From the IMG/VR virus record IMGVR_UViG_2778261222_000004, positions 1 to 36,061 of that record: a stretch of 36,061 bases of DNA, one strand, 5' to 3'. The notes below the pieces were generated by a model, which did not search any database, was not told the DNA's origin, and worked only from the letters and a program-made list of their open reading frames with translations. Of the stretch, positions 14,470 to 24,262 are shown piece after piece (the stretch's first letter is position 1; every line of letters starts with the position of its first letter). The position numbers and the translations under genes are program-made. The DNA is from a virus (taxonomy: Duplodnaviria; Heunggongvirae; Uroviricota; Caudoviricetes).

Positions 14470-15366
14470 ATGACGAAGCAGAAAACAGACTGGGTTGTGG
14501 TTGCCACATCAGGCCCCACCATCGACGGTCGGGAAATTGATCCGAAGTGGCTGACAGATGCCGCCGAGGTTTACAACCCGGACGAGCGAGCCGCCATGCT
14601 CTGGCCATATCACGCCGATTCCGGATGGCGTGCCTTCACCAATAACTACGGCCTTGTTGATGCCCTGAAAGTCGAAAAATTTGGTGACAAGGTGCAGCTT
14701 AAAGCACGCCTGATCCCAAATCGCTTCCTGATTGAAGCCAATAAGGCCGGGCAGAAGCTTTTTACCTCCATTGAGGTGCGGGAAAACTATCTGGGCACGG
14801 GCAAATTCTTTGTGTCAGGTATCGCCGTGACGGATACCCCGGCCAGCGTTAACACCACACGCCTGCAGTTTTCCATGGGGGAAACCATCCATATGGGCAA
14901 CGCAGAGGCGCTGAATTTTACGCTGCAGTCTGATGATGAGCTGGCCAAGCGCAACTTCTTCTCCCGCTTCTTCTCATCTGACAACCACCAACAGGGAATC
15001 TACCAAGCCATGAACGAAGAACAGTTCAGCCAGTTAATGGGCGCTATTAATAAAACCAGCGAACGCCTGGACAAGCTGGAAGAAAACGTCGCGCAGTTCA
15101 GCGCGAAGGATGCCCCGAAAGATACTGGTGATAACAAGCCGGAAGGCAGCACCGGCGATCAGGGGCAGAACAACGCAGAACAGAACAACAAGGACGACAA
15201 AACCTTCACGCTGACCACTGAGCAGGGGGAAAAGCTGTTCTCCACGGTGAACGCCATCGCGGAGAAAGTCACCAGTATGGAAACCGCATTTGCTGAACTC
15301 AGCAAGGATGCCACGAAGCTGCCGGGTAACAATCCGGCCGGTGGCGAAACTTTTAACCTGGTGTAA
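14470..15366 (+). CDS. capsid scaffolding protein (P2 gpO-like)
   Basis: 298 aa, first gene of the rightward head operon; acidic, low-complexity C-terminal half typical of scaffolds. Confidence 0.85.
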   Translation: MTKQKTDWVVVATSGPTIDGREIDPKWLTDAAEVYNPDERAAMLWPYHADSGWRAFTNNYGLVDALKVEKFGDKVQLKARLIPNRFLIEANKAGQKLFTSIEVRENYLGTGKFFVSGIAVTDTPASVNTTRLQFSMGETIHMGNAEALNFTLQSDDELAKRNFFSRFFSSDNHQQGIYQAMNEEQFSQLMGAINKTSERLDKLEENVAQFSAKDAPKDTGDNKPEGSTGDQGQNNAEQNNKDDKTFTLTTEQGEKLFSTVNAIAEKVTSMETAFAELSKDATKLPGNNPAGGETFNLV

Positions 15367-15380
15367 CCGGAGAGAACACA

Positions 15381-16394
15381 ATGAACATGACACCAGAAGC
15401 ACAAAAGCTGGTTAATCAGTACATCAGCGAACTGCAAAAAACATTCAGTGACTGCGGAAAATCAAGCGATCGTTTCTTTTCGCTGACCGAGCCACGCAGT
15501 ATTGCTCTGCGTAAAGCCCTGCTGGAAAGCACGGAATTTCTGAGTTTCACCACCTGCATGGACGTTCCGCACCCGCAGGGGCAGGTCGTCACAGTGGGAG
15601 AATCCACGCTGCGCACCGGTCGCGTGAAAAGCGGTCGTTTCGCTAAAGGTTCGGGCATCAAAGGCAACGAATTTAAACTCGTTGAAACTGATTCCTGCTG
15701 CGTGATCACCTGGGAACAACTCGCCATCTGGGCGAATGCCGGCAGCCCGCAGGAATTTTTCAACCTGATGAACTCCGCCGCCGTCACCAACTTTGCGCTG
15801 GACATGCTGCGCATTGGCTTTAACGGCAAAGAGGCTGCTGAAAACTCTGACCCGGAAAGTCACCCGAACGGCGAAGACGTCAACATCGGCTGGCATGAAA
15901 TCGCCAAAAAGTGGGGAGAACAGCCCGGCAATACCTCCCGTATTCTGACGGACGCCGTTACCCTGGGCGAAGGCGGTGATTATGTCGGCCTTGATGCCAT
16001 GGCCTCAGACCTGATCCGCACTTATATCCCGGCGCAATATCACAACGATCCTCGCCTTACTGTGCTGGTTGGCGCAGACCTTGTGGCTGCTGAAGAACTA
16101 CGCCTCTACAACAAAGAGGACAAGCCCACCGAAAAAGTGGCCGCACAGTTGCTGACGAAGAACATCGCAGGCCGCAAGGCCATCATTCCGCCGTTTATGC
16201 CGGGTAAGCGTATGGTGGTGACCATGCTGCCAAACCTGCAGATCCTGACGCTGAAGGGTTCCCGCCGTCGTAAAGCGGAAGATGTGGGCGATCGCAAACA
16301 GTTCGAAAACTCATACTGGCGTTACGAGGGGTACGCCCTGGGCGATCCGGATTTATATGCTGCCGTGGATGAGTCTGCGGTCACCATCGCCTGA
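15381..16394 (+). CDS. major capsid protein (P2 gpN-like)
   Basis: 337 aa; block GEGGDYVGLDAM ... NDPRLTVLVGADL resembles the P2 gpN family. Confidence 0.9.
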   Translation: MNMTPEAQKLVNQYISELQKTFSDCGKSSDRFFSLTEPRSIALRKALLESTEFLSFTTCMDVPHPQGQVVTVGESTLRTGRVKSGRFAKGSGIKGNEFKLVETDSCCVITWEQLAIWANAGSPQEFFNLMNSAAVTNFALDMLRIGFNGKEAAENSDPESHPNGEDVNIGWHEIAKKWGEQPGNTSRILTDAVTLGEGGDYVGLDAMASDLIRTYIPAQYHNDPRLTVLVGADLVAAEELRLYNKEDKPTEKVAAQLLTKNIAGRKAIIPPFMPGKRMVVTMLPNLQILTLKGSRRRKAEDVGDRKQFENSYWRYEGYALGDPDLYAAVDESAVTIA

Positions 16395-16411
16395 TAAACG
16401 GAGCGCACGGT

Positions 16412-17122
16412 ATGCCAACGCCAATGCAGCGACAACGTGCCCGACAGATGGATGAGCGCCGTGCGGCGCTCATGACCACAACGGACGGACGCGCCATCAG
16501 CACAGAGAGTCAGCACATTAAGCTGCTGGCACTGGATAACGATGTCAGACAACTGCACAACATGGAGCTGCTGTCTGACAAGCTGGAATTCAAACGGAAC
16601 ACGCTGCTGCCCCGCTGGCTGCCACACGCACAGGCTTATCTGGAGGGGGAACGCGTCTATCAGAATCCCATTCTGGTGTACTGCATCATCTGGCTGTTCG
16701 ATACCGGGCAGTTTGAGATGGCGCTGCGGTGGGCTGACATTGCCATTGAGCAGGGACAAAAGACGCCGGAGAACTTCAAAAGCGAGCTGCCAACGTTTGT
16801 GGCCCATTTCATTCTTGAATGGGCAGAAACCGAAGCTGAACGTGGGAACAGTATCGCGCCATATTTTCAGCAGGTGTTTGAAAAAATCCGTGACAAATGG
16901 CGCGTGAATGAACGCCTTGCTGCCAGCTACTGGCGCTTTGCAGGCGTCCTGCTGCTGCGCGGCGATGACGGTAAACCGCTGGCCAGTGCAATTAACGATC
17001 CGGAGAGACTGCAACAGGCCGACCAGTGTCTGGAACGGGCTGCCTGGCTGCATCCAAAAATTCAGGTGAAAACCCTGCGCCAGCGCATTGCCGCAAGACT
17101 GCGCGCGTTGCAGGGCACGTAA
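16412..17122 (+). CDS. terminase small/endonuclease subunit (P2 gpM-like)
   Basis: 236 aa, position after the capsid gene as in P2. Confidence 0.7.
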   Translation: MPTPMQRQRARQMDERRAALMTTTDGRAISTESQHIKLLALDNDVRQLHNMELLSDKLEFKRNTLLPRWLPHAQAYLEGERVYQNPILVYCIIWLFDTGQFEMALRWADIAIEQGQKTPENFKSELPTFVAHFILEWAETEAERGNSIAPYFQQVFEKIRDKWRVNERLAASYWRFAGVLLLRGDDGKPLASAINDPERLQQADQCLERAAWLHPKIQVKTLRQRIAARLRALQGT

Positions 17123-17220
17123 ACGACTCCCAACAACCGGGCGGGCGCGGTGGAGGTGTGCCGGCAAAAGCCATCAGCACACTGCGGAAACCGGTCAGCC
17201 CGCCTTTCCCCGGAGTGAGC

Positions 17221-17715
17221 ATGTTTGACGGGAAAAGCATTCACTATCAGCAGGCCATTATTCAGAACGATGGATTCTGGCCGGATATTGATGCCGGCGA
17301 TTTTGAAAAGAGCCGCAGCATCCCCGCCGTCACGTCACACGAAACGGTGCTGACGGCACTGCTTTGCGCGGTAACAGAGATTAACACTGAACTGGCTGCA
17401 CGCCGTGAATACTGGCAGGAACAGGGCCACATCCGGGCCGCCGATATTCCGGGTTACACCGTGTTGCAACCAGAGCCGCGCAATACGGATGCACAACCTG
17501 AACGGATGCAGAACCACATTACAGCACTGTACACCAAGGCTGTGTATGCCCGCGCAAAGGCCGATCTTTTGCCGGAATCTGCCAGCGTGGGGCGACGCGA
17601 GGCGCAGCCCTCATCAGAAGCCAGCGAGAGCCGCCGGACGTTGCTGGCTGAAGCGGCCATGGCGGTGCGGGCGCTGCTGGGCCGACCGCGTGCATCCATC
17701 GCGCTGATTGATTAA
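17221..17715 (+). CDS. head completion/stabilisation protein (P2 gpL-like)
   Basis: ATG 17221 preceded by GGAG; position after gpM; the ORF-track start 17026 is an unlikely upstream extension. Confidence 0.65.
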   Translation: MFDGKSIHYQQAIIQNDGFWPDIDAGDFEKSRSIPAVTSHETVLTALLCAVTEINTELAARREYWQEQGHIRAADIPGYTVLQPEPRNTDAQPERMQNHITALYTKAVYARAKADLLPESASVGRREAQPSSEASESRRTLLAEAAMAVRALLGRPRASIALID

Positions 17716-17724
17716 GGAAATGGT

Positions 17725-18198
17725 ATGACGCAACTCGCCAGCCTGACGGCATTCATTGAAAACAATCTGCCGGCACGCGCACGCATTCCGTTCACCAGTG
17801 ACATGGACGACATCACGCTCGTTCCGTTTACGAAGTCGCTGGGGCACGGGCAGTTATGTACGCAGGTCCGAAAATATACGGCTTTTCTGCGATGGGACGC
17901 ATGGCCCTATCGTCAGCTCAATCCGGATTTGGTGTTTTCTCTGGTTGAAGCCTGGCTGGCAGACAACGGCGGCGACCTGCGCCAGCGCCTGGCACCGGAT
18001 GCGCCAGCCGTTGACGTCGAAGTGGATGATGAAAATGAAGTGGCATGGCTGGAAATCAGTCTGCCGCTGGTTGATCCCATCACCCTGGTTGAGGACGAAA
18101 ACGGCCCCATCCCCAGAGGCGGGAAACGTTACCAGCTGGAAAAGCCTGAAATCTGGGTGGCTCAGGCGCATCAGCTTCACTGTCAGGTGATGCCATGA
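17725..18198 (+). CDS. putative tail completion / head-tail joining protein (gpR-like)
   Basis: 157 aa, position and size only; stop overlaps the next start. Confidence 0.4.
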   Translation: MTQLASLTAFIENNLPARARIPFTSDMDDITLVPFTKSLGHGQLCTQVRKYTAFLRWDAWPYRQLNPDLVFSLVEAWLADNGGDLRQRLAPDAPAVDVEVDDENEVAWLEISLPLVDPITLVEDENGPIPRGGKRYQLEKPEIWVAQAHQLHCQVMP

Positions 18199-18908
18199 CG
18201 CGCCCAGTGATTAACGAGTCACAACTCCGGCAGGTTCGTCGCGCCATCAGAGAGGCAGAACTTCCGCCTGCAAAGGCCAGAAAGCTGCTGGTTCGCATTG
18301 CGAAATACGGCCTGATACCGGCTGCACGACGCAATGTGAAAGCACAGCGAACACCGGAGGGGGCAGCCTGGGCACCACGAAAAAGACCGGATAAAGCCAG
18401 CGGCAGGTATAAAAACAAAATGCTGCTGGGACTGCCGAAACTGCTGGCCATCAGGGTTGACGGCAGCGGGAAAAGTGTCCGCCTTTTCTTCAAAAAAGGG
18501 GCTTACAACACCGGCTCTCATGGTGGGGCGGTCGCGTGGGTGCAACAGCACGGCGCAACCATCAAAGGCCGCGCCACAAAGCGCCGGGACAGCGAAGCCA
18601 TGCGCACCCGTCCCGCCACACGACGGCAGGCAGAACGCCTTCTTTCTCTGGGCTTTCGCGCCCCCGTCGGCGCAGTCAGCAAAAAGACCGGGCGCAGGGG
18701 GCGCAGAAAACCTTCCCTGAAATGGATTATGGAAAACATGAGTATGGCGCAGGCCGGACTGGTGATCAGCATTCTGAAAGGCGAGCAGAAAAAACGTGTA
18801 TGGGAAATCAAAATCCCCTCCCGCGCATTTCTGGGAGCCAGCGATGCTGAATTTGCCCGCATTCTGGAAGCGCAGCTGCGCAGCCTGCATTACGGCGGCA
18901 CGAGATAA
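18195..18908 (+). CDS. putative virion morphogenesis / tail completion protein (gpS-like)
   Basis: 237 aa basic protein, translationally coupled to the upstream gene; assignment by position. Confidence 0.4.
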   Translation: MTRPVINESQLRQVRRAIREAELPPAKARKLLVRIAKYGLIPAARRNVKAQRTPEGAAWAPRKRPDKASGRYKNKMLLGLPKLLAIRVDGSGKSVRLFFKKGAYNTGSHGGAVAWVQQHGATIKGRATKRRDSEAMRTRPATRRQAERLLSLGFRAPVGAVSKKTGRRGRRKPSLKWIMENMSMAQAGLVISILKGEQKKRVWEIKIPSRAFLGASDAEFARILEAQLRSLHYGGTR

Positions 18909-18928
18909 CAAAAATCAGGAGACAAACC

Positions 18929-20077
18929 ATGACATGGCCATCTGTCACGATTGAACAGTACAACACATTCAGCAGTTCACCGGACGGCGTGGAAAATACG
19001 CTGCTGTTTGTGGGCAATGCACAAAACAACAAAGGTGAGGTTCTGCCGGTTAATGCCAACAGCGATCTGGATGAGCTACTGGGAAAGAACGCCAGCCCGC
19101 TGAAGAACTTCCTTCAGTCTGCACTGACCAATGCCGGACAGAATGCCTTTTTCTATGTTGCCGTTCTGCCGGAAGCCGGCAAAGGCAAAGAAGCAACGCC
19201 AGCCTGCCAGGTATGGCAGAACGCCATACTGGCGGCTCAGGAAACTGTTTCAGTTGAAGGCGTGGTGATCACCGAGCCGGTCAGCACGAAGGATGACATC
19301 AACGCCATACAGGCGTTACGTCAGACCATCATCAATAAATATCAGCGCCGCATCTGGTTCATCCTGACCATCGCCGCCAACGACAACAGTAAAACCTGGG
19401 CGGAATACGTTGCCGAACTGACCGCACTACAGAAAGGCATTGCAGCCCCGCAGGTCATGCTGGTTCCGGAGATTTTTGGATTTGAACCGGGCGTTCTTGC
19501 CGGTCGCCTGTGTAACAGCGCCGTCACCATTGCTGACAGTCCGGCACGTGTGGCAACCGGGCCCCTGTCCGCACTGAAAACCACAGAACGCCCGAAAGAC
19601 AGCACAGGGCAGGCAATTGATCTCGACACTCTGCAGGCGCTGGCAACCGCCCGCTACAGCGTGCCCATGTGGTATGCCGACTATGACGGCCTTTACTGGG
19701 CTGACGGTGTAACACTTGAGGTGGAAGGCGGGGACTACAACGTCATTGAGCATGTCCGCATTGCTGATAAGGTGGCGCGCCGCGTGCGGCTGATGGCCAT
19801 CCCCAAGATTGCCGACCGCTCGCTGAACAGCACGCCGGGCAGCATTGCCGCACATGAAACGCTGTTTGCCCGCCCACTGCGTGCCATGGCGAAATCCATG
19901 CAAATTAACGGCATCACGTTTCCGGGCGAAGTGAAATCGCCCCGGAAAGGCGACGTGGTTATCACCTGGCAGGACGAAAAGACGGTCAGCATCAGCATTG
20001 TCGTCCGCCCTTACGCCTGCCCTAAAACCATCAAAGTGGGCATTCAGCTGGATAAATCTCTGGAGGAAAACGCATGA
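18929..20077 (+). CDS. putative tail sheath-like protein
   Basis: 382 aa, immediately precedes a small tube-like protein; not similar to P2 FI by eye. Confidence 0.45.
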   Translation: MTWPSVTIEQYNTFSSSPDGVENTLLFVGNAQNNKGEVLPVNANSDLDELLGKNASPLKNFLQSALTNAGQNAFFYVAVLPEAGKGKEATPACQVWQNAILAAQETVSVEGVVITEPVSTKDDINAIQALRQTIINKYQRRIWFILTIAANDNSKTWAEYVAELTALQKGIAAPQVMLVPEIFGFEPGVLAGRLCNSAVTIADSPARVATGPLSALKTTERPKDSTGQAIDLDTLQALATARYSVPMWYADYDGLYWADGVTLEVEGGDYNVIEHVRIADKVARRVRLMAIPKIADRSLNSTPGSIAAHETLFARPLRAMAKSMQINGITFPGEVKSPRKGDVVITWQDEKTVSISIVVRPYACPKTIKVGIQLDKSLEENA

Positions 20078-20529
20078 CGACCCGCATTAACGGCATGGCG
20101 TTTGACACTTTTATCGGTGGAACGGATATCCATGTGAAAAGCATCTCACTGGACATCAGCGATGAAAGCGCCGTTGCCAAAACCCGTGGCATCCCTGACG
20201 GCAAACTGCGCGGCCCTGTCAGTGCCGAAGGTGAAATCGAAATGAGTACCCGCAGCTTTAACCAGCTCGGGGAAGTGGCTGCTCAGGCGGGATCGTGGCG
20301 TGACCTGCCGCCAATGGATTTTGTGTTTTACGCCAACACGGGAACCGAAGAAATCCGCGTTGAAGCCTTCGGTTGTGAGCTGATGCTTTCCGGCCTGTTA
20401 AGCATTGACACCGAGAGCGCAGATCTGACCACGCACAAAATCAAGTACGTGGTGGCAAGCCCTGACTTTGTGCGTATCAACGGCGTGCCCGTTCTCTCAG
20501 AGAACGACGTGCGCGGACTGATGGGGTGA
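20074..20529 (+). CDS. putative tail tube-like protein
   Basis: 151 aa, start overlaps the sheath-like stop; size and position consistent with a tube protein. Confidence 0.45.
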   Translation: MTTRINGMAFDTFIGGTDIHVKSISLDISDESAVAKTRGIPDGKLRGPVSAEGEIEMSTRSFNQLGEVAAQAGSWRDLPPMDFVFYANTGTEEIRVEAFGCELMLSGLLSIDTESADLTTHKIKYVVASPDFVRINGVPVLSENDVRGLMG

Positions 20530-20532
20530 ACC

Positions 20533-20829
20533 ATGCAGGAGCATGAGCGCACCATTATCACTCTGGGTATTCTGGGCGGAATCGCTGCCGCAAGTCGGGT
20601 GCTGGCTGGCGCAGAGCCGATTACGTTGCGGTTGTTTGTGGGCCGAACCCTGCTGGGGAGCGCGCTGGGTGTTTCTGCCGCTGCCCTGCTGGTTCGCTAC
20701 CCGAACCTTGACCCACTGGCCATTGCCGGCGCAGGCACCGCAATGGGCGTTGCCGGTTACCAGATTGTTGAAATCTTCCTGCGTCATATGCGCCGGAAGC
20801 TGGGCGAGAAAGAGAACAAAGAGGAGTAA
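20533..20829 (+). CDS. holin (P2 gpY-like class)
   Basis: 98 aa with hydrophobic segments (IITLGILGGIAAASRVLAG, TLLGSALGVSAAALLV, AIAGAGTAMGVAGYQIV) and a charged C-terminus; directly upstream of the endolysin. Confidence 0.55.
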   Translation: MQEHERTIITLGILGGIAAASRVLAGAEPITLRLFVGRTLLGSALGVSAAALLVRYPNLDPLAIAGAGTAMGVAGYQIVEIFLRHMRRKLGEKENKEE

Positions 20830-20834
20830 CAGCA

Positions 20835-20936
20835 ATGCTGTCCCGCAGGGAACAAAAAGCTGCCGCCATTGCCTGGAAAATTATCCGGGCACTGTGGTAC
20901 TGGCTGCGCAAACCTCAGCAACCTCATAAGGAGTAA
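20835..20936 (+). CDS. small cationic amphipathic peptide in the lysis cassette (33 aa)
   Basis: ATG 20835 with GAGGAG 8 nt upstream; MLSRREQKAAAIAWKIIRALWYWLRKPQQPHKE; stop 3 nt before the endolysin start, whose RBS AAGGAG lies inside it; absent from the ORF track (under 60 aa). Confidence 0.3.
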   Translation: MLSRREQKAAAIAWKIIRALWYWLRKPQQPHKE

Positions 20937-20938
20937 AA

Positions 20939-21280
20939 ATGAAACTCTCCGATAAGCAACAACAATTTACCGTCATGATCGGAAAACTCATCCAGTTTGC
21001 CCATCAGCGCGGTTATGGCCTGACGTTCGGTGAGGCGTACCGCACGCCAGAACAGGCAAAACTCAACGCACAAAAGGGATCCGGCATTGCCAACAGCCTG
21101 CACTGCCAGCGGCTGGCCGTGGATTTTAATCTGTTTATTAACGGTGAATATCAGACCCGCACAGAGGCCTACCGTGAGCTGGGCGAGTACTGGGAATCCC
21201 TTGGTGGCGCATGGGGCGGTCGTTTTAAAAACCGACCGGATGGCAATCATTTCAGCCTTGAGCACGACGGCGTGCGCTGA
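20939..21280 (+). CDS. endolysin, peptidase M15-like (D-Ala-D-Ala carboxypeptidase / L-Ala-D-Glu peptidase fold)
   Basis: 113 aa; blocks GEAYRTPEQAKLNAQKGSGIANSLHCQRLAVDFNLF and GGRFKNRPDGNHFSL match the His/Asp zinc-binding pattern of M15/VanY-like phage endolysins. Confidence 0.8.
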   Translation: MKLSDKQQQFTVMIGKLIQFAHQRGYGLTFGEAYRTPEQAKLNAQKGSGIANSLHCQRLAVDFNLFINGEYQTRTEAYRELGEYWESLGGAWGGRFKNRPDGNHFSLEHDGVR

Positions 21281-21287
21281 TTTTACG

Positions 21288-21317
21288 CTTAATAAGCCTT
21301 CCTGCAGGCTTATTAAG
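21288..21317 (+). terminator. perfect 12-bp hairpin after the endolysin (terminator or operator)
   Basis: CTTAATAAGCCT - TCCTGC - AGGCTTATTAAG; followed by a pyrimidine-rich stretch and a TTGACT hexamer ahead of the tail-chaperone gene. Confidence 0.4.
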
Positions 21318-21344
21318 CCCTCTTATTCTTGACTTTAAAAGGAA

Positions 21345-21638
21345 ATGATGATGAACGATAAAAACACACAGACTACCGCAGAGAACACCATCACTTTACA
21401 GGTCGGCGAGCATGAACTGACGTTTATCCCGACCGTAAAAGCCTACAACGACCTGCAGAACGACTTCATGCCGGATAACAAAATCGCGCCGCTGAAAAAC
21501 TACCTGCGCCGTATCGTGATTAAAGAGCACCGCGATCTGCTGAACCAGTTGCTGGAAAAACCAGGAATGCCGGCCAGCCTGGCAACAGCCGTGAATAACG
21601 AGTTTGTGCCGGAAGTGGAAATCACCGTAAAAAAATAA
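21345..21638 (+). CDS. tail assembly chaperone (gpE / lambda G-like), zero-frame product
   Basis: 97 aa directly upstream of the tape measure gene; ends ...ITVKK-stop on a run of A residues. Confidence 0.6.
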   Translation: MMMNDKNTQTTAENTITLQVGEHELTFIPTVKAYNDLQNDFMPDNKIAPLKNYLRRIVIKEHRDLLNQLLEKPGMPASLATAVNNEFVPEVEITVKK

Positions 21639-21826
21639 AAAGCCATCTGGGGGCCATTGATCGCAATGACCTGACCCGGATGCTGATTCTGCGCCGCCAC
21701 TGGCTGCCCGGCGAGGATGACTCGCCGCAGTCACTGGCTGCCGCCGTCTGGCTGGATAACCACTACTGGGAAAATATGAGCATCGCCGTCAATAACGGCA
21801 TTATCCGTGCTTTTAAGGGATCGTAA
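21345..21826 (+). CDS. tail assembly chaperone frameshift product (gpE-E' / G-T type), via -1 programmed frameshift
   Basis: Slippery heptamer A-AAA-AAA at 21629-21635; the -1 frame is open from 21629 to stop TAA at 21824-21826, which overlaps the tape measure ATG (21826). Confidence 0.5.
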
Positions 21827-23922
21827 TGTCACAACAGCGCCTTGAATTACTTCTTGAACTGACAGATCGCCTGACAAGGCCGTTGCGTGCAGCCGGGCGA
21901 CAGGTTCAGGGATTTGCTGCAACAAGTCGGGGAGCCTTTCGGGACATTGCTACCGGAGGCGCTGCGCTCTGGGGAGTGGGGGCAGCCATTCAGGGGGCAC
22001 TGATGCCAGCCATTGAAATGGACAGGGCGCTCGGTGAGGTGAAATCACTGGGCGTCGCAGAGTCCGGATTGCGTAAACTCAGCCGCGCCGCCGTTGATTT
22101 CACTATGGAATACGGCGGGGCTGCGCAGGATTTTGTGCGTGCTTCTTACGACATCCAGTCAGCCATTGCCGGGTTAACTGACGATGAGCTGTCCCGCTTC
22201 ACCACCGCATCAGCAACGGTGGCAGCAGCAACCAAATCCAGCAGCCAGACCATTACCGCCTACATGGGCACCATGTACGGCATCTTTAAAGACCAGGCTG
22301 ATGCCATGGGAAAAAGCAAATGGGTGGAGCAGGTCGCCGGGCAAACCGCCACCGCCGTGCAAATGTTTAAAACAACCGGCGATAACATGTCAGCGGCGTT
22401 CACCACGCTGGGTGCCAGTGCAAAAGCGGCCGGTATTGATGCGGCTGAACAGTTCGCCGTGCTGGGACAACTGCAGGCCACCATGAGTGGCAGCGAGGCC
22501 GGGACAAAGTACAAGGCATTTCTTGCCGCAGTAGGCAGCGCCCAGAAAAAGCTGGGGCTTAATTTCGTGAATAAAGACGGCACGATGAAAAGTGTTGTCG
22601 AGATCATGAAACTTATCAGGGGCAAATTTGGTGATCTGTCAAAAGTGGCTGATTCCGATTTGCTGAAAAGCGCCTTTGGCTCCGATGAAGCTGTGGCCAT
22701 GATTAAATTACTCAATGCGGACATTGGCGGACTTGAAAAGAATATCGCCACGCTGGGCAATATCAAAGGTATGGATAAGGCTGTCGAAATGGCGCAGGCC
22801 ATGGCTGATCCATGGGAACAGGCCGCCGCAATTATTAACGGCATTCGCATCGAAATCGGCACGCAGTTGCTGCCTGTTCTGTACCCGTTTATCCAGAAAA
22901 GCAACGAAGGCGGTAAATCCTTTGTTGCCTGGTTACGTCTGTATCCCAATATTACACGGGCCATTGGTTTACTGTCTGCCGCCCTGCTGGGCATTGCCGC
23001 AGTGGGTGCTGTTGTCAACATTATGGTGGGTGTGGCGAAGTTTGTCTGGACAGGACTGCGGCTGGTCTGGCTGGCAGCCGTTGCGCCGCTGAAGATTCTC
23101 ATTCTGCTGAAACGCACACTGACGGCTACCATGTGGGCGTTCACTGTAGTTGCCCGAACGGTCAGGGCGCTGTATCTGGCCATGTCCATTGCTATGGGAA
23201 CATACAACGTCAAAGCAAAAATTCAGCTGGCGCTGCTGAAATTACAGCGCGCCGGACTCTGGCTTTATTCTGTTGCGCTGGGTGCCGCCGGCATAGCAAT
23301 GAAAATCTACACCGCAGTCACCAGCGGAGCCGCAATTGCAACACAGTTACTTTTCAGCCCCATCACATTAATCATCCTGGCACTGGCTGCGCTGGGCGTG
23401 GGCATTTATTTCCTGATCACCCGCTGGGATGAAATCAAAGCTGCACTGATGGATACCGCTGCATTTCAGTGGGTTGCCGGCATCATTAACAGCATGGGGG
23501 CGTGGTTCGGCAATGCATGGAGTGCAATCAGGGATGGCTGGAATGCACTGGTTAACTATTTTTCCACCCATTCACCACTGGATGCCCTGAAGGATCTCGC
23601 CGGCGGCATACTGAAGATTTTCAGTAATCTCTGGGAACTGGTGAAACAGTCCTTCAGTGATTCATGGGGCTGGATTGTGGACAAACTCAACATGATCCCC
23701 GGCGTTAACATCGGCACATCAGAAAGCACAGGAAGTGGCGAAGGCTCCGTATTAACCGGCGGTAAAGCCATCAGCGCGGGGCCGGGTGGCATTGCGGCAG
23801 AAATGCAGAACAACAGCGAAAACCAGACCACAATCGACAACTCCCGTCGTGTAGTCAACGTCAATGTGCAGGATCCATCCCCTGCCCGTCTTAACGAGTG
23901 GATGGAGCTGCATGCATACTGA
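21826..23922 (+). CDS. tail tape measure protein
   Basis: 698 aa, Ala/Gly-rich with hydrophobic central segments, immediately after the chaperone and frameshift pair. Confidence 0.85.
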   Translation: MSQQRLELLLELTDRLTRPLRAAGRQVQGFAATSRGAFRDIATGGAALWGVGAAIQGALMPAIEMDRALGEVKSLGVAESGLRKLSRAAVDFTMEYGGAAQDFVRASYDIQSAIAGLTDDELSRFTTASATVAAATKSSSQTITAYMGTMYGIFKDQADAMGKSKWVEQVAGQTATAVQMFKTTGDNMSAAFTTLGASAKAAGIDAAEQFAVLGQLQATMSGSEAGTKYKAFLAAVGSAQKKLGLNFVNKDGTMKSVVEIMKLIRGKFGDLSKVADSDLLKSAFGSDEAVAMIKLLNADIGGLEKNIATLGNIKGMDKAVEMAQAMADPWEQAAAIINGIRIEIGTQLLPVLYPFIQKSNEGGKSFVAWLRLYPNITRAIGLLSAALLGIAAVGAVVNIMVGVAKFVWTGLRLVWLAAVAPLKILILLKRTLTATMWAFTVVARTVRALYLAMSIAMGTYNVKAKIQLALLKLQRAGLWLYSVALGAAGIAMKIYTAVTSGAAIATQLLFSPITLIILALAALGVGIYFLITRWDEIKAALMDTAAFQWVAGIINSMGAWFGNAWSAIRDGWNALVNYFSTHSPLDALKDLAGGILKIFSNLWELVKQSFSDSWGWIVDKLNMIPGVNIGTSESTGSGEGSVLTGGKAISAGPGGIAAEMQNNSENQTTIDNSRRVVNVNVQDPSPARLNEWMELHAY

Positions 23923-24262
23923 TAAACCGCTTTACATTGATTTGCTCATCACCGGCCGCAATCTCACGCTGAACAGCGCCAGTGAACCAGTGTTATGCAA
24001 CAACAGGGAAAGTATTGCCCAGGACTGCCAGCACGCCATCATTGAGAGCGGACTGGCAACGCGCCTGCTGGCTGAAAAAAGCCCGACGCTTCGTGCCGAC
24101 ATCATGATGCAGATGACACTGCTGATTGAAGATGATGAGCGCATCACACCTGGCACGGTCAGTGTGACAGAAGAAACCCCGCTTTCTGGTCGCCTGCTGA
24201 TTAGCGCCCACACCGAAGATTTTTTTGAACCCCTGACTTTTACGGTATCTCTTGATGATTAA
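23912..24262 (+). CDS. putative baseplate wedge protein (gpW / gp25-like)
   Basis: ATG 23912 overlaps the tape measure stop; 116 aa immediately upstream of the J-like baseplate gene; the ORF-track start 23864 is unlikely. Confidence 0.4.
   Translation: MHTDKPLYIDLLITGRNLTLNSASEPVLCNNRESIAQDCQHAIIESGLATRLLAEKSPTLRADIMMQMTLLIEDDERITPGTVSVTEETPLSGRLLISAHTEDFFEPLTFTVSLDD

Noticed and set aside
20533-21345. Rz/Rz1-type spanin genes in the lysis cassette
   Set aside because: No i-spanin-sized ORF with an embedded lipoprotein ORF follows the endolysin; the only extra ORF is the 33-aa cationic peptide, so absence of spanins is noted rather than asserted
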